DNA of 64,000 nt from an uncultured Methanosarcinales archaeon (GCA_964618315.1 CAZTWQ010000004.1:15866-79865), one strand, 5' to 3'. Numbered from the stretch's first letter, positions 9,931-19,349 are shown. Notes: a model not told the origin generated them from the sequence alone. Translations and numbers: made by a program.

Positions 9931-10749
9931 ATGGAAGTAATAAGGGCAAAAGAAGCAGGATTCTGTTTTGGGGTAAAACAGGCTATAGATAGGATAAGCA
10001 CACTTCATGGTAAAGGCGATATCTTTGTATTGGGTAAACTTATTCATAATCCTCAGGTAATAGATGAGCTTAAGGGCAGGGGCATAAAGTTCGTAGATAA
10101 TCTAGATGAGGTAGATCATGGGACTTTAGTGATCTCTGCACATGGCATCCCTGATCACATTATCCATGAAGCAAAGAAAAAAGGTCTGGATGTTATAGAC
10201 ACTACATGTTCTCTTGTAAAAAATGTCCATAATATAACAAAAGAACTTGAAAAAAAAGGATACAAGATAATAATATTTGGTGACAAGAACCATACAGAAG
10301 TCAAAGGGATAACAGGTAACCTTGATGATCCAATTGTAATAAGTGGTGTAGACGATCTTGACAATATTAGTCCTGGAAAATATGCTTTAGTTTCCCAAAC
10401 AACTCAGGAAGTGATTAGATTTAATGAAATTGGGGATAAATTAAAGAAAAATATAACAGACTTGATTATAAAAGATACTATCTGTTCCGCAACCAAATTA
10501 AGGCAGGAAAGTGCAAAACAGGTAGCAATGCAGTCTGACCTTATGATTGTTGTAGGCGGTCTCAACAGCGCAAACACCAGGCGCTTGAAAGAGATTTGCA
10601 GCAAGATAGTCCATACTGTACATATAGAAAGCACTTCTGATATAGATCGTAGCTTGTTCTATGGCAAGAATATAATCGGTGTTACAGCAGGAGCCTCAAC
10701 ACCAGAAAATGTGATAAAAGAAGTTATAGGTCTGATAACTAATAGATAA
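9931..10749 (+). CDS. ispH: 4-hydroxy-3-methylbut-2-enyl diphosphate reductase
   Basis: 272 aa. EAGFCFGVKQAI, HNPQV and SAHG, with conserved Cys spacing of the LytB family. Confidence 0.92.
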   Translation: MEVIRAKEAGFCFGVKQAIDRISTLHGKGDIFVLGKLIHNPQVIDELKGRGIKFVDNLDEVDHGTLVISAHGIPDHIIHEAKKKGLDVIDTTCSLVKNVHNITKELEKKGYKIIIFGDKNHTEVKGITGNLDDPIVISGVDDLDNISPGKYALVSQTTQEVIRFNEIGDKLKKNITDLIIKDTICSATKLRQESAKQVAMQSDLMIVVGGLNSANTRRLKEICSKIVHTVHIESTSDIDRSLFYGKNIIGVTAGASTPENVIKEVIGLITNR

Positions 10750-10779
10750 TTAAATAAATTAATAAAAAAGAAAAAAGTT

Positions 10780-10798
10780 TTGGCAACATCATTGCCAA
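10780..10798. terminator. Hairpin between convergent ispH and rps15 genes
   Basis: TTGGCAA-CATCA-TTGCCAA with A/T runs on both sides. Confidence 0.35.
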
Positions 10799-10805
10799 TA
10801 CATGT

Positions 10806-11261
10806 TTATTCTATAAACATGCCTGCTCTCTTTGGATCATATTTCCATTCTGAAGGCAATTTACCAGATTTCTTATAATATTTGATTAACCTTCTAATCT
10901 TCGATTCAGTTAATGTTAATCCCCTATGGGCTGTTTCGTCTTTTTTATTCACTTCTATATGTTTGTTTACTGCGATGCTTTTTGTGATTAGAGCCAACAG
11001 ATCTTCAGGTATCTCTGACAATAACGCTTTCTCTTTCAGGATTTGTGTTATTGATTTCTTTGTAACTAAGCTTGAATCAGGTATCCCATATGTATCCCTT
11101 AATATCATACCAATCTTAGATGGTTTATTGCTTTCTTTTGCTAATTTTACGATTAACATCTCTATTTCTTTCTCTTTATAGGTCATCCATGAATGTACAC
11201 TTGGTTGTGCAGGTTTATTTGAACCAGCATTACCTCTCTTCCTTGAATGCATTTTTGCCAT
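10806..11261 (-). CDS. rps15: 30S ribosomal protein uS15 (archaeal/eukaryal S13e-type long form)
   Basis: 151 aa. MAKMHSRKRGNAGS N-terminal extension and a C-terminal S15 helix bundle (HRGLTLTESKIRRLIKYYK). Confidence 0.9.
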   Translation of the reverse strand: MAKMHSRKRGNAGSNKPAQPSVHSWMTYKEKEIEMLIVKLAKESNKPSKIGMILRDTYGIPDSSLVTKKSITQILKEKALLSEIPEDLLALITKSIAVNKHIEVNKKDETAHRGLTLTESKIRRLIKYYKKSGKLPSEWKYDPKRAGMFIE

Positions 11262-11493
11262 AGTTTTTCACCTTTATGTTTATTTACTTGGAAACAAATG
11301 AGAATTCATCTTGTCTCCAGCATAACCGAGCAATGGTTTCCCAAAACCAGATTATCTCTTGATACTCTTAGAAATATTCATCCATTTAAAAACCTTGTGG
11401 ATTTGATAAAGCAAGTCAACAATGGTTTAGAAATAACCTATTTCTAAAAACTTTCTCTCTACATTCAAAGCAGCATACCTAAGTTTCCACTTA

Positions 11494-12102
11494 TCAAAAA
11501 CTCAAAGCCTTCTTAGGACACACATCAACACATCGAGAGCACTTTATACAATCGGGTTTATGTGATATTTCATTAACAGTAAGCCCCATAGGACATACTT
11601 TATTGCATAAATTACAATTAACACATTTATTCTTATCAAACTTAAGCTGGTATCTCTTCCCCCCAAACCACCTTTGCAAAGTCCCCATAGGACAAAAACT
11701 GCACCAGGTTCTTGGATTTATCAATATACCAAATAATATAGCAATTAATGTAGTTACAATACACATCACAACTAAGACCATACCTACTTTGTCAACTAAA
11801 CCTTTAGTGCCAATAATCCTATAAACAAAAAAGACCATAAATAGGATAAAAACCACAGTTCGTAAAGTCATGCTCTTAAACGTATTAGGAATCTTTTTTT
11901 TCAAACTGATTTTCCCTAGCCAAAAATCATTAAAACTCCCCCTAGGGCATAAATTGCCGCAAAACCACCTCCCTCTAAAAGGGCTGATCAGCATCAAAGC
12001 AGCAAACACTAATAATAGAAAATAACCTAATTTAGGATACCACAATCCACCAATAGATACAATCACTACCAATATTCCTAGATAAGGGGTTATCTTTAAC
12101 AT
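11494..12102 (-). CDS. Membrane-bound 4Fe-4S ferredoxin-type protein (NapH/MauN-like polyferredoxin)
   Basis: Several TM helices with internal Cys pairs, plus C-terminal CVNCNLCNKVCP and CIKCSRCVDVCP clusters. Confidence 0.6.
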   Translation of the reverse strand: MLKITPYLGILVVIVSIGGLWYPKLGYFLLLVFAALMLISPFRGRWFCGNLCPRGSFNDFWLGKISLKKKIPNTFKSMTLRTVVFILFMVFFVYRIIGTKGLVDKVGMVLVVMCIVTTLIAILFGILINPRTWCSFCPMGTLQRWFGGKRYQLKFDKNKCVNCNLCNKVCPMGLTVNEISHKPDCIKCSRCVDVCPKKALSF

Positions 12103-12178
12103 ACCCTACTCAAATCACAAATCCTTTTTAAATATTATCTTTAATGTTTTAAAATCATACTACTTAGAATAAAATTAA

Positions 12179-12251
12179 TAGCCCCACGCAGATTCGAACT
12201 GCGGTCCCCAGACCCAAAATCTAGGATGATTGGCCACTACACTATGGGGCT
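12179..12251 (-). tRNA. tRNA-Gln (anticodon TTG), no intron
   Basis: Hand-folded cloverleaf. Acceptor AGCCCCA/TGGGGCT (A1-U72), anticodon arm CTAGA-TTTTGGG-TCTGG, T arm CGCAG-TTCGAAT-CTGCG. Confidence 0.9.
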
Positions 12252-12333
12252 ATACTCCGAAAGAAATAATTTACAATTTATAAAACTATCTATAGAAAAA
12301 TATTTATACTAGCATTCCAATATCACTATCAGA

Positions 12334-12660
12334 ATGAGAAAAATCCTAATTTTTGTTGTTCTGACTTTATTTCTATTAGGTTGCTCAAAACAAGATATAG
12401 AGCCCGAAACTAAATTAGCAGGCAATGTAGTTATAGACACAAAAGGACCTACAACTTGCGAAGATTCTGACAATGGAATTAAAGAAGGGACAGCAGGAAA
12501 AATAACAGGAGAAACTGATGGGGAAGATTATTTGTTATACGACAAATGCATAGGGGACACAAATATATTGGTAGAATACCACTGTGAAAACAACAACCCA
12601 GTTAACCAAAACATTAGATGCACAACAAAGAAAGGTTGCTTAGCAGGCGCATGTAGGTAA
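12334..12660 (+). CDS. Small secreted Cys-rich lipoprotein-like protein
   Basis: Signal peptide ending in the lipobox-like LLGCSKQ, then six further Cys. Confidence 0.5.
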   Translation: MRKILIFVVLTLFLLGCSKQDIEPETKLAGNVVIDTKGPTTCEDSDNGIKEGTAGKITGETDGEDYLLYDKCIGDTNILVEYHCENNNPVNQNIRCTTKKGCLAGACR

Positions 12661-13398
12661 TCATCTGTACTTTTTTAAGAACTCTTCTTCCATAAAGTGC
12701 ATCTTAGAGACAACTATTAAACACTGTGGAAATTTCTTAAGCTTTTTCTTCAACAAATCACTGACTTTTCCAGCTTTAATATCAGGTTCTTCACTGCCAA
12801 TGCCCCCACAACCAACACAAAGTTGAGCTTTAGATACCCCCATCCTGACTAAATATTCCAAAGCTTCATTAACTGTCATATACTTATCATTTGAAGGATC
12901 AAGATCAAGAAGCACTAATGTATGTAAATTATTCTTTAAATTATTCTTAATCACATCATAAGGTGATTTTACATTTTTATTATCAAAAGGTATTGTAGTA
13001 GTTCTTCCAAACTTATACAGATCAAGTCCAGTAACACCTATAGCGATAAGTATAGAAACATTCTGCACTACCTCAGTCTTTATCCCTAATTCATCAGCCC
13101 TTACCTTTAGATCAATATGGGTTGTAGCTGAAAAAGGATCACCAACAACCAAAAACACAATGTTTTTCTTCTTAGCATTCTTCAATATAGTCTCAGAAGC
13201 CTTATTCTCAACCATATCCCTATCAGCGGAAATTATCTTCTTGCCATAGAACTTCTCAAGGTCTTCCTTACCCGAACGAACTAACTTAGAAGTATACTCT
13301 TCAAGATATATCTCATCAGCTTTTTTGATAATCTCAAGACCCCTAACGCTGATGTCTTTCTCATCTCTAAGCCCTAAGCCAATAAAGTATAGTGTCAT
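12661..13398 (-). CDS. dph5: Diphthine synthase
   Basis: 245 aa. MTLYFIGLGL start and VVGDPFSATTH, of the tetrapyrrole-methylase fold typical of Dph5. Confidence 0.88.
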   Translation of the reverse strand: MTLYFIGLGLRDEKDISVRGLEIIKKADEIYLEEYTSKLVRSGKEDLEKFYGKKIISADRDMVENKASETILKNAKKKNIVFLVVGDPFSATTHIDLKVRADELGIKTEVVQNVSILIAIGVTGLDLYKFGRTTTIPFDNKNVKSPYDVIKNNLKNNLHTLVLLDLDPSNDKYMTVNEALEYLVRMGVSKAQLCVGCGGIGSEEPDIKAGKVSDLLKKKLKKFPQCLIVVSKMHFMEEEFLKKYR

Positions 13399-13473
13399 AT
13401 CAATATAAAGAAGCCATATCTTTAAAAATTATTTGTTTTTATAAAAGAATTCAATCAAAAAAAATAAAAAAAA

Positions 13474-13506
13474 CCTTCCAAAATCATTGGGGGTGGTTAA
13501 GGAAGG
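13474..13506 (-). terminator. Hairpin plus T-tract (second of two tandem terminator-like elements downstream of ftsZ)
   Basis: CCTTCC ... GGAAGG stem with a conserved loop CATTGGGGGTGGTT (plus-strand reading). On the minus strand it is followed by a long T run (13453-13473). Confidence 0.45.
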
Positions 13507-13560
13507 CATAAGAATAGGATTCACCTGAAGCCTTTGTTCTTTTTAAAAAAAGAAAAAAAT

Positions 13561-13603
13561 TGCCTTCATCAAAAAACATTGGGGGTGGTTTAAAATGAAG
13601 GCA
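13561..13603 (-). terminator. Hairpin plus T-tract (first terminator-like element downstream of ftsZ)
   Basis: TGCCTTCAT ... ATGAAGGCA stem with the same loop core CATTGGGGGTGGTT. On the minus strand it is followed by a T-rich run (13535-13560). Confidence 0.45.
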
Positions 13604-13641
13604 AAAGAACTTTCTCACCACAAAGACTAAAGGGGTGAATA

Positions 13642-14682
13642 TTATACCAGTTCAATGCCTAGCTCTTCTGAGATCTGTTGGGCTTGTTCTGATGGTTGTG
13701 AATAGTCAACCTTCCCTAATATCCAGGGAGACTTTACACCAGTAACAATGGTCATTATTGTAACCTTACCTTTCATCTCTTCATCGACTCTAGCTCCCCA
13801 GATAACATTTGCATCTGGATCTAGTGTTTCTGTAACTAATTCGCCGATTTTTGAAATCTCATCCAAGGTCATATCTGGTCCGCCACTTATATGGATCAAA
13901 GCACCAGTAGCTCCTTTATAGCTAATATCCAACAATGGATTGCTTAAAGCACCTCTAACTGCTTCATCTACTCTGTTGTTTGTGTCAGAAGCACCTACTC
14001 CGATAGCAGCTACTCCTCCATTTGTCATGATTGTCTTAACATCTGCATAATCCAGATTAACCAATGAAGGTACAGCTATTGTTTCAACAATCCCTTTGAT
14101 CATTGTTGCAATCAATTCATTAGCTACTGCAAATGCTTGTTGTATTGGCAGATTACCTGCAATACTTACTAATCTGTTATTATCAATAACAATTACTGTA
14201 TCAGAAACTTGTCTTAATTGTTGTAATCCAAATTCTGCTTTATCAACTCTAGCTCTTTCAATCTTAAATGGCATAGTAACAGTCCCTATCACTATAGCAC
14301 CAGCATCTTTAGCAACCTGTGCTACTATTGGAGCACCGCCAGTACCTGTTCCACCGCCCATTCCAGCGCATACAAATACCATATCAGAAGCCTTAAGGGT
14401 TTCTTTTATCTCCTGAAGACTCTCTTGTGCAGATTCAGCTCCTTTTTCAGGATATCCTCCACACCCTAATCCTCTTGTAACCCCTCTTCCCAGCAAAATT
14501 TTTCTATCAGCATTAATTATATCTAAATGTTGTTTATCAGTATTAGCCCCGATTATCTCAGCACCTTTAACCCCTTTATTATATAGCCAGCCAATCATAT
14601 TATTGCCTGCTCCCCCTACTCCAAACACCTTTATATTTGCTTGTCCTACCTCTACTCCGAATTCAGTTGTGTCCATATTCAT
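13642..14682 (-). CDS. ftsZ: Cell division GTPase FtsZ
   Basis: GVGGAGNN and the tubulin signature GGGTGTGGAPIVA. Confidence 0.95.
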   Translation of the reverse strand: MNMDTTEFGVEVGQANIKVFGVGGAGNNMIGWLYNKGVKGAEIIGANTDKQHLDIINADRKILLGRGVTRGLGCGGYPEKGAESAQESLQEIKETLKASDMVFVCAGMGGGTGTGGAPIVAQVAKDAGAIVIGTVTMPFKIERARVDKAEFGLQQLRQVSDTVIVIDNNRLVSIAGNLPIQQAFAVANELIATMIKGIVETIAVPSLVNLDYADVKTIMTNGGVAAIGVGASDTNNRVDEAVRGALSNPLLDISYKGATGALIHISGGPDMTLDEISKIGELVTETLDPDANVIWGARVDEEMKGKVTIMTIVTGVKSPWILGKVDYSQPSEQAQQISEELGIELV

Positions 14683-14845
14683 TTTATATCCCCCTTGTGG
14701 TTTTCCTATTATTATATACCTTAATATAGATATTTGAGTACCGATATATTTATATTAAAGTACTTTCATAATCATTCCTAGAAAAAACTTAATTGTTCAC
14801 GCCAATGGACAGTTAACTAACAGTTTTTCAAATACCAAGAAATTT

Positions 14846-14898
14846 GCTTTCGCCAAAAAGCTGATTTAAACAACATTTGAGTTTTCGCCAAAAAACTC
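14846..14898. promoter_or_regulatory. Two hairpins / direct repeats with shared core TTTCGCCAAAAA, upstream of ftsZ
   Basis: GCTTT-CGCCAA-AAAGC (14846-14861) and GAGTTTT-CGCCAA-AAAACTC (14879-14898). Confidence 0.3.
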
Positions 14899-15073
14899 AT
14901 TAATTCTTAAATTTTTATCTTTATATGGGTATAGCTTATATTTAAACATTTCTCGAAACTTTCTAGTAGTGAAATTAGTATATTAGTATAATAATAACTT
15001 TTATCGTCTAAAAGTGGAAATTTGAGGTAATCATTAGCATAACACTCTAAATTTAGAATTAATACAATTATCT

Positions 15074-15706
15074 CTACTTCTTCAAATTCTTAGAAACTCG
15101 CTTTAAAGCACCCTTAGCGTCGTCTATAGCTTCTTTTAACGCAACACTGGCATACCCTCTTGCACTATAGCCTTGTCCTTTACCACCCCATCTATCCAGA
15201 TAGACAGTATGCTCCAATTCTCTCCTTGGAGGCATTTCTGGTTTTTCATCTGCATAACCTATAGTTAATATCGCTTGAACAGTAACATCTTCAGGCATAT
15301 TCAATATACTCTTTACCTTATCTTCATCAAAAGCCCCTACCCAGCAGCTTCCTAGACCAGCATCACAAGCAGCTAACATCATATTCTCGACAGCAGCAGC
15401 ACAACTTTGGATTGTATACAAACTCTCCCCTCTAACTCCATAAAATTTGGAAGCTTTTTCAGGTTCACCAACAATTACAATATAAATTGGCGCTTCTCCC
15501 ATCCATTCTTGGTCAAATGATGCTTCAGCTAATTTATCCCTTGTATCTTGTTTCCGGGCTACAATAAATTTCCAATTTTGTATATTGCCTGCACTAGGTG
15601 CAAACTTACCACAATCAACTATCTGCACTACTTTTTCCCATTCTACTGGATGATCTTTGTATTTTCTGACAGATCTTCTCCTCTTTATACACTCTTGTAC
15701 ATCCAT
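15074..15706 (-). CDS. Nitroreductase-family protein
   Basis: Start taken at the internal Met (MDVQECIKRRRSVRKY...). Motifs RRSVRKY and APSAGNIQNWKF. The longer track ORF would overlap the ligase gene. Confidence 0.8.
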   Translation of the reverse strand: MDVQECIKRRRSVRKYKDHPVEWEKVVQIVDCGKFAPSAGNIQNWKFIVARKQDTRDKLAEASFDQEWMGEAPIYIVIVGEPEKASKFYGVRGESLYTIQSCAAAVENMMLAACDAGLGSCWVGAFDEDKVKSILNMPEDVTVQAILTIGYADEKPEMPPRRELEHTVYLDRWGGKGQGYSARGYASVALKEAIDDAKGALKRVSKNLKK

Positions 15707-15746
15707 AATAACCTTTTTATAAGAGTACTTATATTTAATATTTACT

Positions 15747-17495
15747 ATGAAATATGTAGACTTGGTTGAAATATATAGGCAGCTTGAAGAGACAACTAAG
15801 AGATTAAATAAGATATATATCATATCAGAATTTCTAAAAAAAACACCTAATGAAGACATTGGGCATATAGTTTTACTATTACAAGGCAAACTTTTTCCTA
15901 ATTGGGATCCCAGGAAGATAGGTGTAGCATCAAGATTAGTTCTAAAAGCAATAAATATATCTACAGGTATTACATCAAAGAAAATAGAAGATGAGTGGCG
16001 CAAGACAGGCGACTTAGGCCTGGTTGCAGAAAACCTGACTAAAAAGAAAAAACAATCAACATTATTCTCACATGATCTATCAGTTAGGAAAGTATTCAAT
16101 AATCTAAGAAAACTCTCAGAACTTGAAGGTCATGGAACAGTAGAAAAAAAGATGCAATTAATTGCAGAACTCTTAACTTCAGCTAATCCACTAGAAGCAA
16201 AATACATAGTAAGATCAATTCTCGAAGATTTAAGAGTTGGAGTTGGAGAGGGATCTTTAAGAGACTCCATTGTATGGGCATTCTTTGGACATGAAATAGG
16301 ATTAAAATACTTATCAGATAACAAGATAGACATAGAAAGCAGAGAAGAATACAACAAATATGTAAACATAGTCCAGCGTTCTTTTGACTTGACAAACGAT
16401 TTCTCCTCAGTTGCAGAAGCAGCTAAACAAGGATTAAAACATCTGGAAGATATGGAAATAGCTATGTTTAGGCCATTAAAAGTTATGCTGGCTCTAAAAG
16501 TTAAAGATGTAAAAGAAGGATTTGAACGATGTGGCGAAAAAGTAGATATAGAATACAAGCTGGATGGATTTAGGATTCAAGCCCATAAAAAAGCAAATAA
16601 GGTAAAATTATTCACACGCAGATTAGAGGAAGTAACTGATCAATTTCCTGAAGTTGTAGACTATGTAAAAAACCATGTAAAAGCAGAAAGCTGCATACTT
16701 GATTCAGAAGCAGCTGGATTTGACCCAAAAACAGGAAAATATCTCCCTTTTCAGAACATCTCTCAGAGGATAAAAAGAAAATATGATATTGAAGAGATGT
16801 CAAAGAAGTTTCCAGTAGAACTAAATGTATTTGATATTCTTTATTATGATGGAAAAGCCCTTATCAAAGAAGATTTCATAAAAAGGCGTGAGATTATAGA
16901 GAAAATAATTCAGCAAAAACAAAAAAAGATTGTTGTAGTTAAAAATTTAATAACTTCAGATGAAAAAGAAGTAGAGAAATTCTATAAAGCAAGTCTGGAT
17001 GCAGGCAATGAAGGAATCATGTTTAAGAAATTAGATTCGCCATATAAACCAGGAGCACGTGTTGGACATATGAATAAGATGAAACCAACAATGGAAACAC
17101 TTGATTTGGTGATAGTTGGAGCAGAATGGGGAACAGGTAAAAGAGCCAACTGGCTAAGTTCATTCACCCTGGCATGCATAGATGAAGATGGAAACTTTTT
17201 AGAGATTGGAAAGATGGGGACGGGAATAAAGGAAAAAGAAGAAGAAGGCATAAGCTTTAATCAACTGACAGAAGAACTAAAACCCCTGATAAAGTCTGAA
17301 AAAGGAAGAGAAGTAACAATCAAGCCAAAAATAGTGATAGAAGTTAGCTACGAAGAGATCCAAAAATCACCAACATATTCAAGTGGCTATGCCTTAAGAT
17401 TCCCAAGACTTAAGAATCTAAGAACAGACCGTGATCCATCAGGAGCATCAACCATTGCTCTGGTTGAAGACTTCTATTATGGTCAAAAATCATAA
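15747..17495 (+). CDS. lig: ATP-dependent DNA ligase (archaeal Lig1 type)
   Basis: 582 aa. Adenylation motif EYKLDGFRIQ, with a DNA-binding domain, adenylation domain and OB layout. Confidence 0.93.
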   Translation: MKYVDLVEIYRQLEETTKRLNKIYIISEFLKKTPNEDIGHIVLLLQGKLFPNWDPRKIGVASRLVLKAINISTGITSKKIEDEWRKTGDLGLVAENLTKKKKQSTLFSHDLSVRKVFNNLRKLSELEGHGTVEKKMQLIAELLTSANPLEAKYIVRSILEDLRVGVGEGSLRDSIVWAFFGHEIGLKYLSDNKIDIESREEYNKYVNIVQRSFDLTNDFSSVAEAAKQGLKHLEDMEIAMFRPLKVMLALKVKDVKEGFERCGEKVDIEYKLDGFRIQAHKKANKVKLFTRRLEEVTDQFPEVVDYVKNHVKAESCILDSEAAGFDPKTGKYLPFQNISQRIKRKYDIEEMSKKFPVELNVFDILYYDGKALIKEDFIKRREIIEKIIQQKQKKIVVVKNLITSDEKEVEKFYKASLDAGNEGIMFKKLDSPYKPGARVGHMNKMKPTMETLDLVIVGAEWGTGKRANWLSSFTLACIDEDGNFLEIGKMGTGIKEKEEEGISFNQLTEELKPLIKSEKGREVTIKPKIVIEVSYEEIQKSPTYSSGYALRFPRLKNLRTDRDPSGASTIALVEDFYYGQKS

Positions 17496-17795
17496 GGGCA
17501 GTTTTAATACAATATAATGCACATTACTAGTTTAGAAAAGAACAAAATCTTTTCTAAAAAAGAAATAACAAGCTTTTTAAAGGGATATACACTTCTTAAA
17601 TTAAAATGAGTAAAAGCAAACACTGGAAAGCATACAACACAAAAAACAAAGATAAGTATGAAGTAAAAGAAATATCTTGCGTTAGCAATAAATTTCACCA
17701 TACTAAAAAAATCAAGATAAAGAAGAAATAGATCTTTCTATAATATAATTATTTCATTACTTTTTATCTTTCTAGAATTATATTTATTAATTTTA

Positions 17796-19349
17796 TTAGA
17801 AATCCTTCAAAGAAATCTGACCTTTCCTTTTATTCTCTTTAACTTCAATCTTAGAATAATCTTCACCCACTTGTGCCTTAACATTTAAAGCAACATTTCT
17901 TCCAAGTATCTGCACCAGCTTCATAAAATCAGCTGACTTTACATCACCTATGCTTTTGATCTTATTAGCATAAAGACGACGGGCACGAACCCTCCCAATC
18001 TTATCCAACTTTAGCAAAGGTATCAATTCTTCCTTAACCCCTTTCTTGACCCTAAACCTTAATTTAATAAGATCTTTCAAAAGAGATTGAAATTTCATTA
18101 TCCTACAAAGCTCTTCACAGGTATACAATAACCAATCAGCATTATTCAGTTTTACATTTATCTCTCCTGGACGGACATCATAATTCAAGAGCAGATACTC
18201 TTCATCCTTTTCATTTATCCATTCTAAAAAAAACAAAGCAGTCTTTATCGAATTAATAAATTCCTTATATTCTGGTTCATACAAATTAGGTTCTTCTTCG
18301 AGTAATATGCCTTCATGTTTGATCAGTTCTTCTTGTATCTTATCATGTTCTTTTACCTTAACCCTAAGCAAAGGTCTTAACTCCAAAGAAGAAGAGATCA
18401 TCTGCAAAAACGAAAAATCAATAACACTTTGACCAGTAGCTTTACGCAGACCTAATACAAAATTATGTGCTGTTAATGGATCAATATAAAGTTCAGCCAC
18501 CCTTTTACCTAGTAAAGTAGCTTTATATCTTTCATCAGAGATAGAATCAGCAGAAACAAAATCATCTTTATTGCTTCTTAAAAACTCCCATTCTGAAAGT
18601 AACCCTAGCATCTTTTCAATGGTCTGATGCAGTTCAAAAGTATCTGCAAACTGATATGCCCAGAATGTCTTAGCAAAGAAATCAAATATTTCCTTTTTTG
18701 TATTCACAAAATTAGCAGCTATTAAACTTAATACATATGTACGAAGAACAGGCTCTACAGCCAACTTAGAATATATTTCTTCAGGCGAACCTTGTATATA
18801 CTTCTCAATTAGCTCATCTTTATGCCCCTCAGATCCAGCAATACATATAGCTTCACCATATTTATCAAACTTTGGACGACCAGCACGACCAGCCATCTGC
18901 AGATACTCCAAAACAGGAATATATGCAAGACCTCTTTTACCATAACGACGTAAGTCTTTAAGAACAGCCCTAAAAGCAGGAAGATCAACCCCTATAGCCA
19001 AAGTCGGCGTACAGCAGATTATCTTTATAACTCCTTTCTTAAAATTATCCTCAATCAATTCCTTTTGCTTTGAAGTCAATCCTGCATGGTGAAAAGCAAT
19101 CCCTTTCTTTACACATCCCGATAATCTTTTACATTGTTTTGTTGCTTTTGACAAAGAACCCAAAACTTTCTCAGATAGTTCAACTAACATATCACCTTCA
19201 GATTTAACTTTCTTACTAATATCTTCAGCAGTTTTCTCAGCACTTCGTTTAGTATTTGCAAATACCAAAGCTTGCTTCCCTATTTTTATAGTATCCAGTG
19301 CCAGATCTATAGTTAAATCACCAGATACAGAATCAATCTTTAGCTTCAT
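17796..19349 (-). CDS. hel308: Ski2/Hel308-type helicase fragment lacking the RecA1 domain
   Basis: Begins at RecA2 (QALVFANTKRSAEKTA, HHAGL, TPTLAIGVDLPA, QMAGRAGR), followed by winged-helix, ratchet and HhH regions. No Walker A or DEAH box. An in-frame TAG lies 4 codons upstream of the ATG. Confidence 0.8.
   Translation of the reverse strand: MKLKIDSVSGDLTIDLALDTIKIGKQALVFANTKRSAEKTAEDISKKVKSEGDMLVELSEKVLGSLSKATKQCKRLSGCVKKGIAFHHAGLTSKQKELIEDNFKKGVIKIICCTPTLAIGVDLPAFRAVLKDLRRYGKRGLAYIPVLEYLQMAGRAGRPKFDKYGEAICIAGSEGHKDELIEKYIQGSPEEIYSKLAVEPVLRTYVLSLIAANFVNTKKEIFDFFAKTFWAYQFADTFELHQTIEKMLGLLSEWEFLRSNKDDFVSADSISDERYKATLLGKRVAELYIDPLTAHNFVLGLRKATGQSVIDFSFLQMISSSLELRPLLRVKVKEHDKIQEELIKHEGILLEEEPNLYEPEYKEFINSIKTALFFLEWINEKDEEYLLLNYDVRPGEINVKLNNADWLLYTCEELCRIMKFQSLLKDLIKLRFRVKKGVKEELIPLLKLDKIGRVRARRLYANKIKSIGDVKSADFMKLVQILGRNVALNVKAQVGEDYSKIEVKENKRKGQISLKDF

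Noticed and set aside
3842-10634. Numerous 60-160-aa antisense or out-of-frame ORFs within the MEP genes, and similar ones inside ftsZ, lig, aspS, smc and the adhesin genes
   Set aside because: Each lies wholly inside a confidently identified gene and has a biased, low-complexity composition. They are treated as shadow ORFs.
13474-13603. Possible CRISPR or other repeat array (also considered for 50974-51054 and 14846-14898)
   Set aside because: Each has only two repeat units, with no spacer-repeat periodicity beyond that and no cas genes in the window.
15707-16099. N-terminal 131-aa extension of track ORF 15074-16099
   Set aside because: The extension is low-complexity, has no nitroreductase similarity and overlaps the DNA ligase gene on the other strand. 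The internal Met at 15706 gives a normal-length nitroreductase.
17504-17731. Small ORFs in the lig-hel308 spacer (65-aa minus-strand hydrophobic ORF, and a 41-aa basic plus-strand ORF at 17606-17731)
   Set aside because: They are mutually exclusive and short, sit in very AT-rich DNA, and have no motif or coupling signal.
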